Source of the DNA: a candidate division WOR-3 bacterium
GTDB lineage: Bacteria > Hydrothermota > Tepidihabitantia > Tepidihabitantales > Tepidihabitantaceae
Reading direction: 5' to 3'
Assembly: GCA_965648905.1 (NCBI GenBank)
Contig: CBFGIT010000012.1
Coordinates: forward strand, 31,209-95,208
Length of the DNA: 64,000 nucleotides
A program made the position numbers and the translations under genes. Position 1 is the first letter of the stretch. Each line of letters begins with the position of its first letter. This document shows, piece after piece, positions 47,794-57,300 of this stretch. The notes below the pieces were generated by a model that saw nothing but the letters and a program-made list of their open reading frames with translations, searched no databases and was not told the origin of the DNA.

Positions 47794-49137
47794 CTAGCGG
47801 GTGAGGCGGGGTGACCAGGCGGGCGAGAACGCACCGCCGGTCTGAGTGATGCGGGTCTGGCGGGCGCCGGTCCAGTCCATGGTGTAGACTTCGAAGACGC
47901 CGGTCCGGTCCGAAGCGAACGCGATGTGCAGGCCGTCCGGAGACCAGCACGGGTCTTCGTTGTTTCGGCCGGAAGTGAGACGCATGTAGGTATCGCCGGC
48001 GATATTCGTGACGCAGATCTGATTGGTCCCGCCGGGCTGACGTTGGACAAAGGCAACCAGGTCGCCGCGCGGGGACCAGGCTGGAGATGTGTTGTAGCTG
48101 CCCTCAAAGGTGAGTCGGCGCAGGTCGGTTCCGTCAGCGTTAATGACGTAGACCTGGGGCGTGCCGGTGCGGTCCGAGACAAATGCCAGTTGTCGGCCGT
48201 TCGGTGACCAGCAGGGTGAGATGTCGATGCCCGGGCTGAACGTCAACCGGCGGAGGTTTCGGCCGTCACCGTCCATCAGGTAGATTTCGGACTGGCCCTC
48301 AAAGCTGAGCGAGACCGCGAGTGTCCGGCCGTCGGGTGACCAAGCCGGGGTCGTATTCAGTCCTTTGCGGTCGCTGAGCACGGTTGTGCGGCGGGTCACA
48401 AGGTCGAGCGCATAGATGTTGAGCGTGCTTGTGCCGAACGAGCAGTAGGCAAGCCGGGCTGACTGCTGGTTCCAGTCCGGGAAGAGCTTCAGTCCGCCCG
48501 AGCTGGTTAGCTGGGTCAGTCCGGCACCGTCGTAGTCAACCCAGGCGAGTTCCTTGGTCTCGCGGCTGAGTACCTGAGAGAACACAATCCTGGTTCGGGA
48601 AATCCCGTCCTCGCCGGTGAGGATCTTGATGACCTCGTCGGCCATCTGGTGTGCGGTCCAGCGCCAGGGGGCGGTCAGAGGATACGTCTTGGTGGCGATG
48701 AGCCGCTGTGCCTCAAGGTCATAAAGCCGCAACTGAACCTGTTCGGTCCCTTTGCGCGGGACCAGCTCGCCGCAGACGAGAATCTGAGCGCCGGTTGTGC
48801 TCCAGCCTTTCAGGTCCGGTTTCTTGGCATCGGTCGAGAAGTTGAAGGTCTTGCCTGATTCCGGTTCCTCGAAGGTGAAGTAAAGAGAGTATCTGAGGTC
48901 GGCCTCAAACACGTTTCTTATGTCGCGAATCTGGACTGCGAGCTTGGCATCAGTGCCGGCTGGAGTCGTGAACCGGGCGATAACCAGGCTGAACTTCCGG
49001 CGGCCGCCGCCCGAGGTCAGCTTGGCCCAGACTTCTTCGGCTGGAATCCCGGCGTCCGGAGCCGGAGTGAGCGGCGGCTGCTCAGTCTGCGCCTGAGCGT
49101 GCAGGGCAAGGAAACCAATCAGCACGACCGGGGTCAA
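47794..49137 (-). CDS. tolB: TolB beta-propeller protein
   Basis: TolB_N-like region (AHQMADEV..LTGEDG..TRIVF) and PD40 repeats (P.WSPDG, FVSDRTG.PQVY). Start inferred at TTG 49137, which gives a signal peptide. Confidence 0.85.
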   Translation of the reverse strand: MTPVVLIGFLALHAQAQTEQPPLTPAPDAGIPAEEVWAKLTSGGGRRKFSLVIARFTTPAGTDAKLAVQIRDIRNVFEADLRYSLYFTFEEPESGKTFNFSTDAKKPDLKGWSTTGAQILVCGELVPRKGTEQVQLRLYDLEAQRLIATKTYPLTAPWRWTAHQMADEVIKILTGEDGISRTRIVFSQVLSRETKELAWVDYDGAGLTQLTSSGGLKLFPDWNQQSARLAYCSFGTSTLNIYALDLVTRRTTVLSDRKGLNTTPAWSPDGRTLAVSLSFEGQSEIYLMDGDGRNLRRLTFSPGIDISPCWSPNGRQLAFVSDRTGTPQVYVINADGTDLRRLTFEGSYNTSPAWSPRGDLVAFVQRQPGGTNQICVTNIAGDTYMRLTSGRNNEDPCWSPDGLHIAFASDRTGVFEVYTMDWTGARQTRITQTGGAFSPAWSPRLTR

Positions 49138-49149
49138 TCTCAGCAGGAT

Positions 49150-49178
49150 TTGACGCAGAATGTCGGCTGGGGTATAAT
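49150..49178 (+). promoter_or_regulatory. Near-consensus sigma70 promoter (leaderless) for the zinc-ribbon gene
   Basis: TTGACG-N17-TATAAT-N7-GTG. Confidence 0.7.
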
Positions 49179-49185
49179 TATCCCA

Positions 49186-49467
49186 GTGCCGGTAAGGGAA
49201 GGAAGCGCGACAGACTGCCCGCATTGCGGCTTGGAGCTGCGCAGGGAAGGCTGCTACTGCACGAACTGCGGTGCCCGCCTTGCTCAGCGGGTCGCCGCGG
49301 ACGGGCCGAACCTGCCCCGCTACCAGCGGCGGGCTCGCCGCGTGGTTACTCCGGCCCGCTGCAGTGCTTTTCACCACGAACTGCTCGTTACAGTCTTCAA
49401 GGCGACATTCTGTCCGGAGTGCGGCCGTCGGCTGATTGTCGGGCTGCTCAGGCCCGAAGTCAGCTAG
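49186..49467 (+). CDS. Small double zinc-ribbon protein
   Basis: CPHC, CTNC, CSAFHH and CPEC in 93 aa; has its own promoter. Confidence 0.65.
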   Translation: MPVREGSATDCPHCGLELRREGCYCTNCGARLAQRVAADGPNLPRYQRRARRVVTPARCSAFHHELLVTVFKATFCPECGRRLIVGLLRPEVS

Positions 49468-49496
49468 CGCGGTTCGCATTCGTCAACTCGGTTGTC

Positions 49497-50243
49497 CTAG
49501 CGGATGACCGGGAGCCAGTCGTGCAGCAGGAAGTAGAACCGGCCAATGAGCAGAGAGATGCGGGCCATGATCGTGTAGCCGAACGACGCGCCGAAAGCAA
49601 CCATGATGAAGACAATACCGACCCGCGAGACCAGTCCTAGCGCACCCTTGTGTTCGCGCGAGAAGTAGAAGTAGAAAAGAGTCGTGATGACTCCGACGAA
49701 GATAACGATGTTATTGGCATTCACCAAGGGACGGAGCGTGTCCGAGACCTGGGGCAGCAGGTAGCCCTGGACAGCGGCAACGAGCGCAAGGCCAGAGCCA
49801 ATTCCGACCGTGAACGAGATCGGCCAGCGTGATAACCACTCGATGCGCGGGTTGATCAGCGTTGGCACGAACACGACCAGGCACATGACGGCAAGTACCA
49901 CCAGTATCCAACTGAAATGGTGGAACACGAGCATCAGCACGCTCAACGCGGCCAGGGCGGGCAGAGTCAGGTTCGAACGCGTGAGCATGATGACTCCGAG
50001 CAGGGCGGGCAGGAGCAGAATCCAGGCTTCGACGCGGCTACCGGAGGCGATGTGGCTGTCGAAACGCTCGACCAGCATGGGGTAGACGTCGAATGACCAG
50101 GCGTAGATGACTGTGAACCCGGCCGAGATGCCGACATAGATGTGCTCGGCCGCCTTGTAGAGCGGATTGTCACGATAGAGGAACGAGAGAATCGCAATCG
50201 TCAGGGTCGCGGCAACCCAGGTGCCGATGAGGTTGAGAATCAT
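49497..50243 (-). CDS. Polytopic membrane protein of the DUF6754 cluster
   Basis: About 6-7 TMs; SFLYRDNPLYKAAEHIYVG, MVAFGASFGYTIMARISLL. Confidence 0.8.
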   Translation of the reverse strand: MILNLIGTWVAATLTIAILSFLYRDNPLYKAAEHIYVGISAGFTVIYAWSFDVYPMLVERFDSHIASGSRVEAWILLLPALLGVIMLTRSNLTLPALAALSVLMLVFHHFSWILVVLAVMCLVVFVPTLINPRIEWLSRWPISFTVGIGSGLALVAAVQGYLLPQVSDTLRPLVNANNIVIFVGVITTLFYFYFSREHKGALGLVSRVGIVFIMVAFGASFGYTIMARISLLIGRFYFLLHDWLPVIR

Positions 50244-51064
50244 GGCTTGCTCTTGCGGCGGGACAGGATGAAGCCCAGATTGCCGAGCAGAAGCAGGAAG
50301 ATAATCAGCGCATGGGCCCAGGACTGGGCCGGCATTCCGAGCGAGGCCGAACCACGCTGCTCGACCAGTTGCTCGTAGGCGGCCGCGGCCTGGAGTCCGC
50401 CAATCAGGCCCTTGATTTGTCCGGAAAGGAGATACTGATACAGATTTGGGGCGTTGACGCCGGTGCAGCCGACGATAATCGGTACGTTGAACCGGCCGCC
50501 GGCATACTGAATCCAGACGTCGGCGACCGCGCCATGGGCCAGCGAGACCAGAAGTCCGATGTCGCGGTAGTTGTGGACACGGTGCATGAACTCGAACGAG
50601 TCGACCGGCACGCCCCGGTAGTCGACATTGAAGTAGTCGCGGATCTCGCGGCCGATGCCGACCATCATCGCGGTGTAGCCGGGCCGGTACCCGAGGTTGA
50701 CGTAGTCCTGACCGTAGACCTTGCCCATCGCGGGCGCGACCTGATTGAGCGCGATGCCGCCCAGGGGCAGGCCGAGCGGCAGTTGTCCCATGAGCATTAC
50801 CTTCAGGTCCTTCTGGAACGAGTGGCGGAGCAGGGCGAGCAGCATCGGATTGACCTCGGGCGCAGATGATGGGTCGAAGTCAATCGAAATCATCACGACC
50901 GAGCCCGCCGGAAGCCGGTCAACCGCATCGTAGGCCCCGCGCACGGCGTCAGAGACCGGCACGGTCGTACGCGGCCGGATGATGAGCGGCAGAGCGACCG
51001 ACAGGGCAAGCAGGGTGTACAGAATCCGGCGGTCAACGCTGGCCAGGCGGTTCCAGATGTTCAT
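50240..51064 (-). CDS. Membrane-anchored alpha/beta protein of the DUF6754 cluster
   Basis: N- and C-terminal TMs; YGQDYVNLGYRPG, YLLSGQIKGLIGGL..AA.YE, QSWAH. Confidence 0.8.
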   Translation of the reverse strand: MNIWNRLASVDRRILYTLLALSVALPLIIRPRTTVPVSDAVRGAYDAVDRLPAGSVVMISIDFDPSSAPEVNPMLLALLRHSFQKDLKVMLMGQLPLGLPLGGIALNQVAPAMGKVYGQDYVNLGYRPGYTAMMVGIGREIRDYFNVDYRGVPVDSFEFMHRVHNYRDIGLLVSLAHGAVADVWIQYAGGRFNVPIIVGCTGVNAPNLYQYLLSGQIKGLIGGLQAAAAYEQLVEQRGSASLGMPAQSWAHALIIFLLLLGNLGFILSRRKSKP

Positions 51065-51066
51065 GG

Positions 51067-51768
51067 CTAGGACATGTAAGTGCGTTCGATGCCGAGGATG
51101 ATGCGCAGCGACATCGCCATGCCGCCCAAGGCCAGGCCGATGCCGATACCACGACCGGCCGCGGCCTGGGGGGTAGCCATGAGCCAGTCTTTGATTCGGG
51201 CAAACGGCTCAAGGCCAGCAAGATGACTCAGGTCCAGAGAGGGGAGGACCAGTTGGATTAGTCGGACAATGCCGTGCCAGATGTCGGTGCCCAGAGGTAC
51301 GTTGCCGAGCATGACGAAGCAGGCGGCAAGGAGCAGCAGGGTGGCAGCGAAGTTGCGGACGCGGAACGCACGGTAAGCTGCCGAGACGATGAAGAACGCA
51401 AGACTGGCAAACATCGTTGACTGGAGCGGGATTATCATGTAGGTGTAGAGCCACATGAACGGCGCCTGCAGCGCAAACGGGCTCTGGAACCGAAACCAGG
51501 AATAGAGGCCGAGCACAACCGTCGAGGTCAGCGAGAGCAGAAGCAGCAGGCTGTAGGGCCAGCCCGGACTGCGTCGAAAGACCCGGACCAGGTGATGACG
51601 GGTGAGCGAGTCGAGCCCTAAGAGCATCGTGAACCCGGCGACGATTGTGTACCAGTTGAGGAAGCGCGATTCCAGGTCGCCGAACGGCCGGTGCGGGATG
51701 AAGAACGCAACGATGAGCAGGACTGAGGTAAGGAAGACGATGACCAGCGGAACTGTGCGCTTGAGCAT
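51067..51768 (-). CDS. Polytopic membrane protein of the DUF6754 cluster
   Basis: About 6 TMs; PLQSTMFASLAFFIVSAAYRAFR, GIGIG..LG..LRIILGIER. Confidence 0.8.
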   Translation of the reverse strand: MLKRTVPLVIVFLTSVLLIVAFFIPHRPFGDLESRFLNWYTIVAGFTMLLGLDSLTRHHLVRVFRRSPGWPYSLLLLLSLTSTVVLGLYSWFRFQSPFALQAPFMWLYTYMIIPLQSTMFASLAFFIVSAAYRAFRVRNFAATLLLLAACFVMLGNVPLGTDIWHGIVRLIQLVLPSLDLSHLAGLEPFARIKDWLMATPQAAAGRGIGIGLALGGMAMSLRIILGIERTYMS

Positions 51769-51771
51769 CGG

Positions 51772-52908
51772 CTAGTAGGTGGGCGTGGCCCAGCGCACAA
51801 CGGTCTCGAACGCCGCAACCAGGGCTGGAGCACGGGCGACCGTTGCTGCAGTGCCGAAGAGCACGAGCGCAGTCGTCAGCAGTATCAGCCAGAAACGGAT
51901 GAAATCTTCGCCTTTGATTGTGCCGAGCATCACCGGCTCGGGCCGCAGGTAGCAGGAGGCGGCGAAGATCTCTTCGCCGATCATCGTGTAGTCGCAGGCC
52001 GCGACAAAGAAGGGCAACTGAGTTGTCTCGGTCGTACCGGCGAGTTGAATCGCGCCGACCGAGTGGCCGGTCTCAGCCATAATCAGCGACTCAGCATAGA
52101 AGTAGCCCAGCCAGAAGATCGCGCCGGGCCGTTCGCGCAGAATGATGCCGTCAACGCCCGCGGCATAGCCGAACTGGTCTGAGGTGAGGAAGTTGACGTT
52201 GTCGGCGTTGTAGAGGTCAGGTCGGCCGGCTTCAGTGTAGGCCTCCTTGACCGTTTCCTGTGCCGCGGTCATGACGATCGGGTCGGAATTGGGCACAAGC
52301 AGCCGGGATGAGTACTCGGCAGTGCGGCGGGCGATCCGACGCAGCAGGGGCAGGGCAGCGATGACGACCATGTCGGTGATATAGCCGAGTCCGAAGCTGA
52401 ACAGTATCGGCTTGCCCATCTCGGTCGCGCGGCCGAGCGCGTCGTCGATCGCGTCGAGCCCGGCAATCTTGCGGATGAACATCTTCTCACCCCGGCGGGC
52501 CCGGGCAATATAGACGAAGAATATGAGACAGATGGCAACGATGGCAACGAGGATGTTGGTGCGGGCGGTGTTGAACCACTGGGCCCGAGACCGAACCGGG
52601 CCAAAGACCAGGCTGCGGGCCGAATCGGCGCCGACATATCCGACAATCAGATAGTAGTAGTTGATACCATCGCGCAGCCCGGAATCCTGATACTCGGTTG
52701 AGCTGGCCGGCTCGGTTGCCACGACAGTGAAGCCCGAGTCGGCGTTGACTGAGCGGTACAGGCGGATGCTGTCAAGGAGCGGAGGTTGGTCTTCGGTCCA
52801 GCGCCAGGACACGAGGAGTTGTCCGCCTTCGTCATTCGGAACGTCGGCGACCGTGACGTTCGGGGGCGGAACCGGCGCAACGAGAAGGAGCAGGAGGGCG
52901 AAGGTCAT
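51772..52908 (-). CDS. FN3-domain + DUF6754 membrane protein
   Basis: Signal-like start, FN3 domain (DVPND.G, Y.D..L..G..YYY), TM, IRKIAGLDAIDDALGRATEMGKP, AESLIMAETG, QLPFFVAACDY..IGEE. Start inferred at ATG 52908. Confidence 0.82.
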   Translation of the reverse strand: MTFALLLLLVAPVPPPNVTVADVPNDEGGQLLVSWRWTEDQPPLLDSIRLYRSVNADSGFTVVATEPASSTEYQDSGLRDGINYYYLIVGYVGADSARSLVFGPVRSRAQWFNTARTNILVAIVAICLIFFVYIARARRGEKMFIRKIAGLDAIDDALGRATEMGKPILFSFGLGYITDMVVIAALPLLRRIARRTAEYSSRLLVPNSDPIVMTAAQETVKEAYTEAGRPDLYNADNVNFLTSDQFGYAAGVDGIILRERPGAIFWLGYFYAESLIMAETGHSVGAIQLAGTTETTQLPFFVAACDYTMIGEEIFAASCYLRPEPVMLGTIKGEDFIRFWLILLTTALVLFGTAATVARAPALVAAFETVVRWATPTY

Positions 52909-52933
52909 AGTCGTCAGCAGGCTTGAAACAAAC

Positions 52934-52961
52934 AGCTTAGCGGGCCTGACGGGCAAGTCAA
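52934..52961 (-). promoter_or_regulatory. sigma70-like promoter for the DUF6754 operon
   Basis: TTGACT-N16-TAAGCT. Confidence 0.5.
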
Positions 52962-54214
52962 TTCTGCCCGCGCCGGGGTTCGGTTCCGAGCACTGGTACA
53001 ACCGCACCGGCGTCCGGTATGACATAGACCGTGGCCGAGGGACCGAGTCGTCTGAGTGCGGCGTCAAGCGCATCCTGGACTGTCCGGAACGGAATCATGA
53101 ACGCCGCGCGGACGGCAGAGTCGTCAATCGACGCGACCACGAACAGCTCGGTTGCAGCCATGATTTGAGCGAGGCGCGCTGACTTGTGCCAGCCGAGCAC
53201 GGCGCTTTCGTCCGGTTTGTGCATGAGGACATCTGACGGAGCAGTGCAGCCGGCGAAGACACGGATGAAGCCGTCGTTGCCGATGCCGTCGCGGCAGGCA
53301 GTGACAGTGATGTGGACCGACGGGTGCCTGAGAGCGGAACGGGCAAACTCGACTGCCCGCTGAGCCTGGTAGAAGTTGATGTCGTAAGGTGCCTGGAGCA
53401 CGCTGACGATGATATCGGCCGGTTGTGATACCGGCACGGCATACACCTGGTAGGCATGGCGGGTCGCGGCGGCGAATGATTCGAAAAGGTCGCCGAAATG
53501 AACCGCAAGCAGTTGATGGTCCTGGGCCTGGACAAGCTGAATCGAGAAGACCGGCTTCATCACCATCCTTGCTGCCTCGGTCATGTCTTCGTGAACCGGG
53601 TTGCCGTCAAGTGCGAATACTGCCGAGCCGGCAGCGGTCACCATGTTATGGTTGTGGGTGATGGTGTCATGTCCGGCAATTCCGGGCAGGAAACCTTTGC
53701 GGCCGCCGGTGAACCCGGCAAAGTAGTGGGGTTCTATTGAATTGATGGTGATGATCCGCTCGGCCCAGAGCAGCTCGCGGTTGAACCAGACGTCGGTGCC
53801 GAATCGGGTCTTGCCCAGAAAGAAGAGCTGGGAAGGGTCAAGGCAGTCGTGGTTGACGACCCGGTCGCGGTTCCTCTCGACAAAGCCGGAGCCAAACATC
53901 TGCTTGTACTCGTGCTCACGCGGCGGTCGATGTGTGCCCAGACAGACAAGGTAGCGTACGTCGCGGCCGGCAAGGGCTGGCTCGAGCGCGGCAAGCACAG
54001 TGTGGTTCGGTGTGGGGCGGGTGTAGTCGTTGACGAGCACGAGTACACGCTGGGCCGGACCAAGGAAGCTGGCGCAGGCCTGAGCGGCTCTGTTCAGCTC
54101 CGCTTTGGCATCGTGGAAAGGGTGATGCTCGGGTGGCCGTAGTATCCCGAGCAGATGTCGGTCGGGTACGTCAAGCGGTTGCGTGGAGCTTCCGTAGGCT
54201 AGTTCGAAGTGCAC
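52958..54214 (-). CDS. larA: Nickel-pincer-dependent lactate racemase family protein (LarA)
   Basis: NDYTRPTP, LGTHR, VNHD, EPHYFAGFTGGRK..PG, NH, GNPVHEDM, DINFYQA. Start inferred at GTG 54214. Confidence 0.88.
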   Translation of the reverse strand: MHFELAYGSSTQPLDVPDRHLLGILRPPEHHPFHDAKAELNRAAQACASFLGPAQRVLVLVNDYTRPTPNHTVLAALEPALAGRDVRYLVCLGTHRPPREHEYKQMFGSGFVERNRDRVVNHDCLDPSQLFFLGKTRFGTDVWFNRELLWAERIITINSIEPHYFAGFTGGRKGFLPGIAGHDTITHNHNMVTAAGSAVFALDGNPVHEDMTEAARMVMKPVFSIQLVQAQDHQLLAVHFGDLFESFAAATRHAYQVYAVPVSQPADIIVSVLQAPYDINFYQAQRAVEFARSALRHPSVHITVTACRDGIGNDGFIRVFAGCTAPSDVLMHKPDESAVLGWHKSARLAQIMAATELFVVASIDDSAVRAAFMIPFRTVQDALDAALRRLGPSATVYVIPDAGAVVPVLGTEPRRGQN

Positions 54215-54219
54215 GAGCA

Positions 54220-54247
54220 AGTATAGAAGGGACAGGCCGGCAGTCAA
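54220..54247 (-). promoter_or_regulatory. sigma70-like promoter (leaderless) for larA
   Basis: TTGACT-N16-TATACT-N5-GTG. Confidence 0.65.
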
Positions 54248-54267
54248 CCATCGGGCCGGACTGAAAG

Positions 54268-54295
54268 CCCGGGGCGGCCCTGCGGCCGCCCCGGG
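54268..54295 (-). terminator. 12-bp GC hairpin downstream of the 1329-aa gene
   Basis: cccggggcggcc-N4-ggccgccccggg followed by cttt on the minus strand. Confidence 0.6.
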
Positions 54296-54317
54296 AGAGG
54301 TTGCGAAGGTCGTGAGG

Positions 54318-57300
54318 TTAGTGCTGTACCACGAGCTTCTGCTGGGTCGAGTACCCGTCGGCCTCAAGCCGGACAAGGTACACGCCGGCAGCAAGCTGGC
54401 GCAGGTCCAGACCAACCGCACCGGTGCGGGTCGCAGCCAGGGTCCGTGCGATTACCGTCCGTCCGGTGACGTCGGTTACACGCACGTGTGCCTCGCCTGC
54501 CCGCGGCAGACTGAACTGCACGGTCGCAAAGCCGTTGGCCAGCGGGTTCGGCGCAATGGTCATCGTTGCCTTGCCCGGCACGATTTCCTGCGTCGTCACG
54601 CCGTACTGACCGGCCTTGCTGGCAAGCATCACAACTGGCGGTGCGCCAATCGTCAGGTCGCCACCGGCCTTGACCTTCTTCTTCTTGCCGGTCGAGCCGA
54701 TGAGCGGCACGTCGTCAAGCTGAGTCCACTTGCCGCTGTCCGCCGCATAGACCCAGAGCTCTTCGGTGTTGCCACCCTTGAGTGCGTAGAGCTTGCCCTC
54801 AAGGAATGCACCGGCGCTGCCGTCCTTCGGCTTCTTCGACTTGCCGGAACGGCCGGTGAGCGGGATGCCGCCGCCCGGCGCGGCAGACCAGGCACCGGTC
54901 TTGGTGTTGAAGATGTTCATCGCGCCGACCTTACCCTGATGGCAGTAGACCAGGCTGTCGCCGTCAAAGGCAAGCCACGAGCCGGCCGGATACTTGTCGC
55001 CCGGCGCGTTGGCAAGCTGGGCCCAGGAGTCGCCATCCGGACGGTAAGCCATGAAGTCGTTCTTGCCGCCCTTCAGGAAGTACAGACGTCCCGGTTCGCC
55101 CGGCGCCCACGCCAGGTTGCTGCCGGCCTTGACTTTCTTGCCCGAAGCACCGCCCGGCACGTCGTTCAGCTTCTTCCAAGAGTCGGCATCGGCGTTGTAC
55201 CGGTAGAACTCGAAGGTGTTGTTGCCGAGCACGACGTAGACATTGCCTTCACCGTCCGCGCGGCCAACCGTGCCCTTATTGGCAGGCTTGGTGCCCGGGA
55301 TCGGCTTGAGCAGTGCCCAGGAGTCGCCCATGATGCTGTAGCGCAGAAAGTCGTTGGTCTTGTTGCCCTTGCCGGCGTAGATGCGCTGGTCACCGGCGTT
55401 GTAGGTGAGGAAGCCACCGGCGGCAATCGGCTTGGAGCCGACCGTAGCCGAGGCCTTCTCAGTCCAGCTCGGGACATCCTGGTTGTACAGCCAGAACTCG
55501 TTGGTCTTGTTGCCCTTGAAGGCATAGACTACGCCCGGGCCCTGGCCGACAAAGAAGACGCCGGTCTTCTTGTCGTTGGCCGCGAACGTATCCGGTGCGC
55601 AGTAGAGCGAGCAGAGCACGCTCCAGCGTCCGGCAATGTTCGGAACGGGTCCGAAGTCCGGGAACGTGAAGACCGAGTCTTCTCCGACCGTCGCGCCGGT
55701 CCAGTTGATCAACTCGTTGTACCGGACCGTGTCATCCGGTGACTTGATGATGAAGTAGATAGCAGCATTGACCGCGCCCTGAGCGTAGTTGACCTTGATG
55801 CGCGCCTGGGGCGGAATCACAGCCATCGTCTCAACCACACCGGTCGGAGCGATAATCGACACCACCGCCATATCGGCAGCGAGGCCAACGGCAAACGCGC
55901 CCTCACGCCAGTCGTTGGCCGGGTTCTGGTCGCCAGCCGCTGCGGTCGAGCACTTGACCGTGTAGCCGCCCTCGGTTGTCAACGCACCTGAGGTCGGGAA
56001 CGTGAGCTGAACCGTCTGGCCGCCATTGAGCTGCGAAGCTTGGCTCTGAGTGTAGATGCGGGTGCCGGACGGGTCGTTGATGAAGCAGTAGGCGGTGAAG
56101 TTCATCGGTGTCGTGCCGTAGTTCCGCCAGGTTGCCCGTGGAGTCACGGTGCCGCCCGGAGGTACGCGGCCGACCGGAGCTTCAATGCTCGCAACACCGA
56201 CATCACCCGACTGCAGGGTCTTAAGAATCATCTTGCCGTACAGTGACGGGTCCTGCCAGCCGAGCGTGTCGTCGAGCCATACCGGCCACCAGCCTGGGAA
56301 CGTGTTCGGTGCATCGAGCGCGAAGAGGAACATGCCGCAGGTATCGGTCGCGGGGTCAACGGTCAGTTGATAGGGCAAATCACCAACCGGGATTCGACCC
56401 TCGAACACGAGATAGCCGTTGAACACGCTCGACGCACAGATGGCACCCGGCACCGTAGCCGGCTGACCGGGCCCGGACGTTGTCCACGGCCGGTACTGCA
56501 CTTCGTCAGCGTTCGAAGCGTTGACCACGAACCAGTAGTTGCCTTCAACCGGTGTGGTTTCCCAAGAACCGTCATTGTCTTCGTCGATGTAGAAGCCGCA
56601 CTGGTCGCCAACGTTGCGCTGGGGTGCATTGGGCATGGCGCAAGCGATGTACATGTAGTAGGCGTTGTGCATGAAGTAGAAGTACGACGGTCCGGCCGGG
56701 GAGCCCGAACCTCTGCCGCCGGCATTGGTGGCATCCATCCGGAAGGCATGATCCCATTCGTTCGGGGCTAGGTAGCCGTCGATGTTCGGAGTCGGAGCGC
56801 CGTTGTGAGAGAAGATGGTATCGGTCGTGGTCAGGCAGATGATGGTCTTTCGGTCGTTGGCTGTGCGTTGGTCGCCCGACAGCATAGTGTAGCCCCACAT
56901 CGTGAAGCTCAAGAACAGCGAGTCGGGTACGTTCCAGTCGGAAAAGACGACGTCAACCGAATCACCGGCCAAGAGCGAAACCAGAGTCGTCTCCGCAAAT
57001 ACCGTGTCGGTTCCGCTGACAATGTGGAACCCGACCGGGAAGTCGACCTGGGCGTTCGTGCCAAAGTTCTTGACCGTGATTGTCGGCTGGATCGTGCTGC
57101 CCGGCACAAGCATCGGTGAGGCCGGGACAACGAAGCGGGCTACGCCGACGTCATTCGGGTAGATAAGGCCGGGCCAACTGTCAAACACGACGGTGTTGGT
57201 GTAAGCAAAGCCTGAACTCGCACCACCGGTCATCAGGCACTGCTGGAACCAGTTGCCGATGGTGGCACCGCGGTAGCGGGTAATCGGCAGGGTCGTGTTG

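Noticed and set aside
49138..49479. N-terminal 114 aa of the 561-aa tolB ORF
   Set aside because: The signal peptide begins near TTG 49137, and the region holds an opposite-strand promoter and gene.
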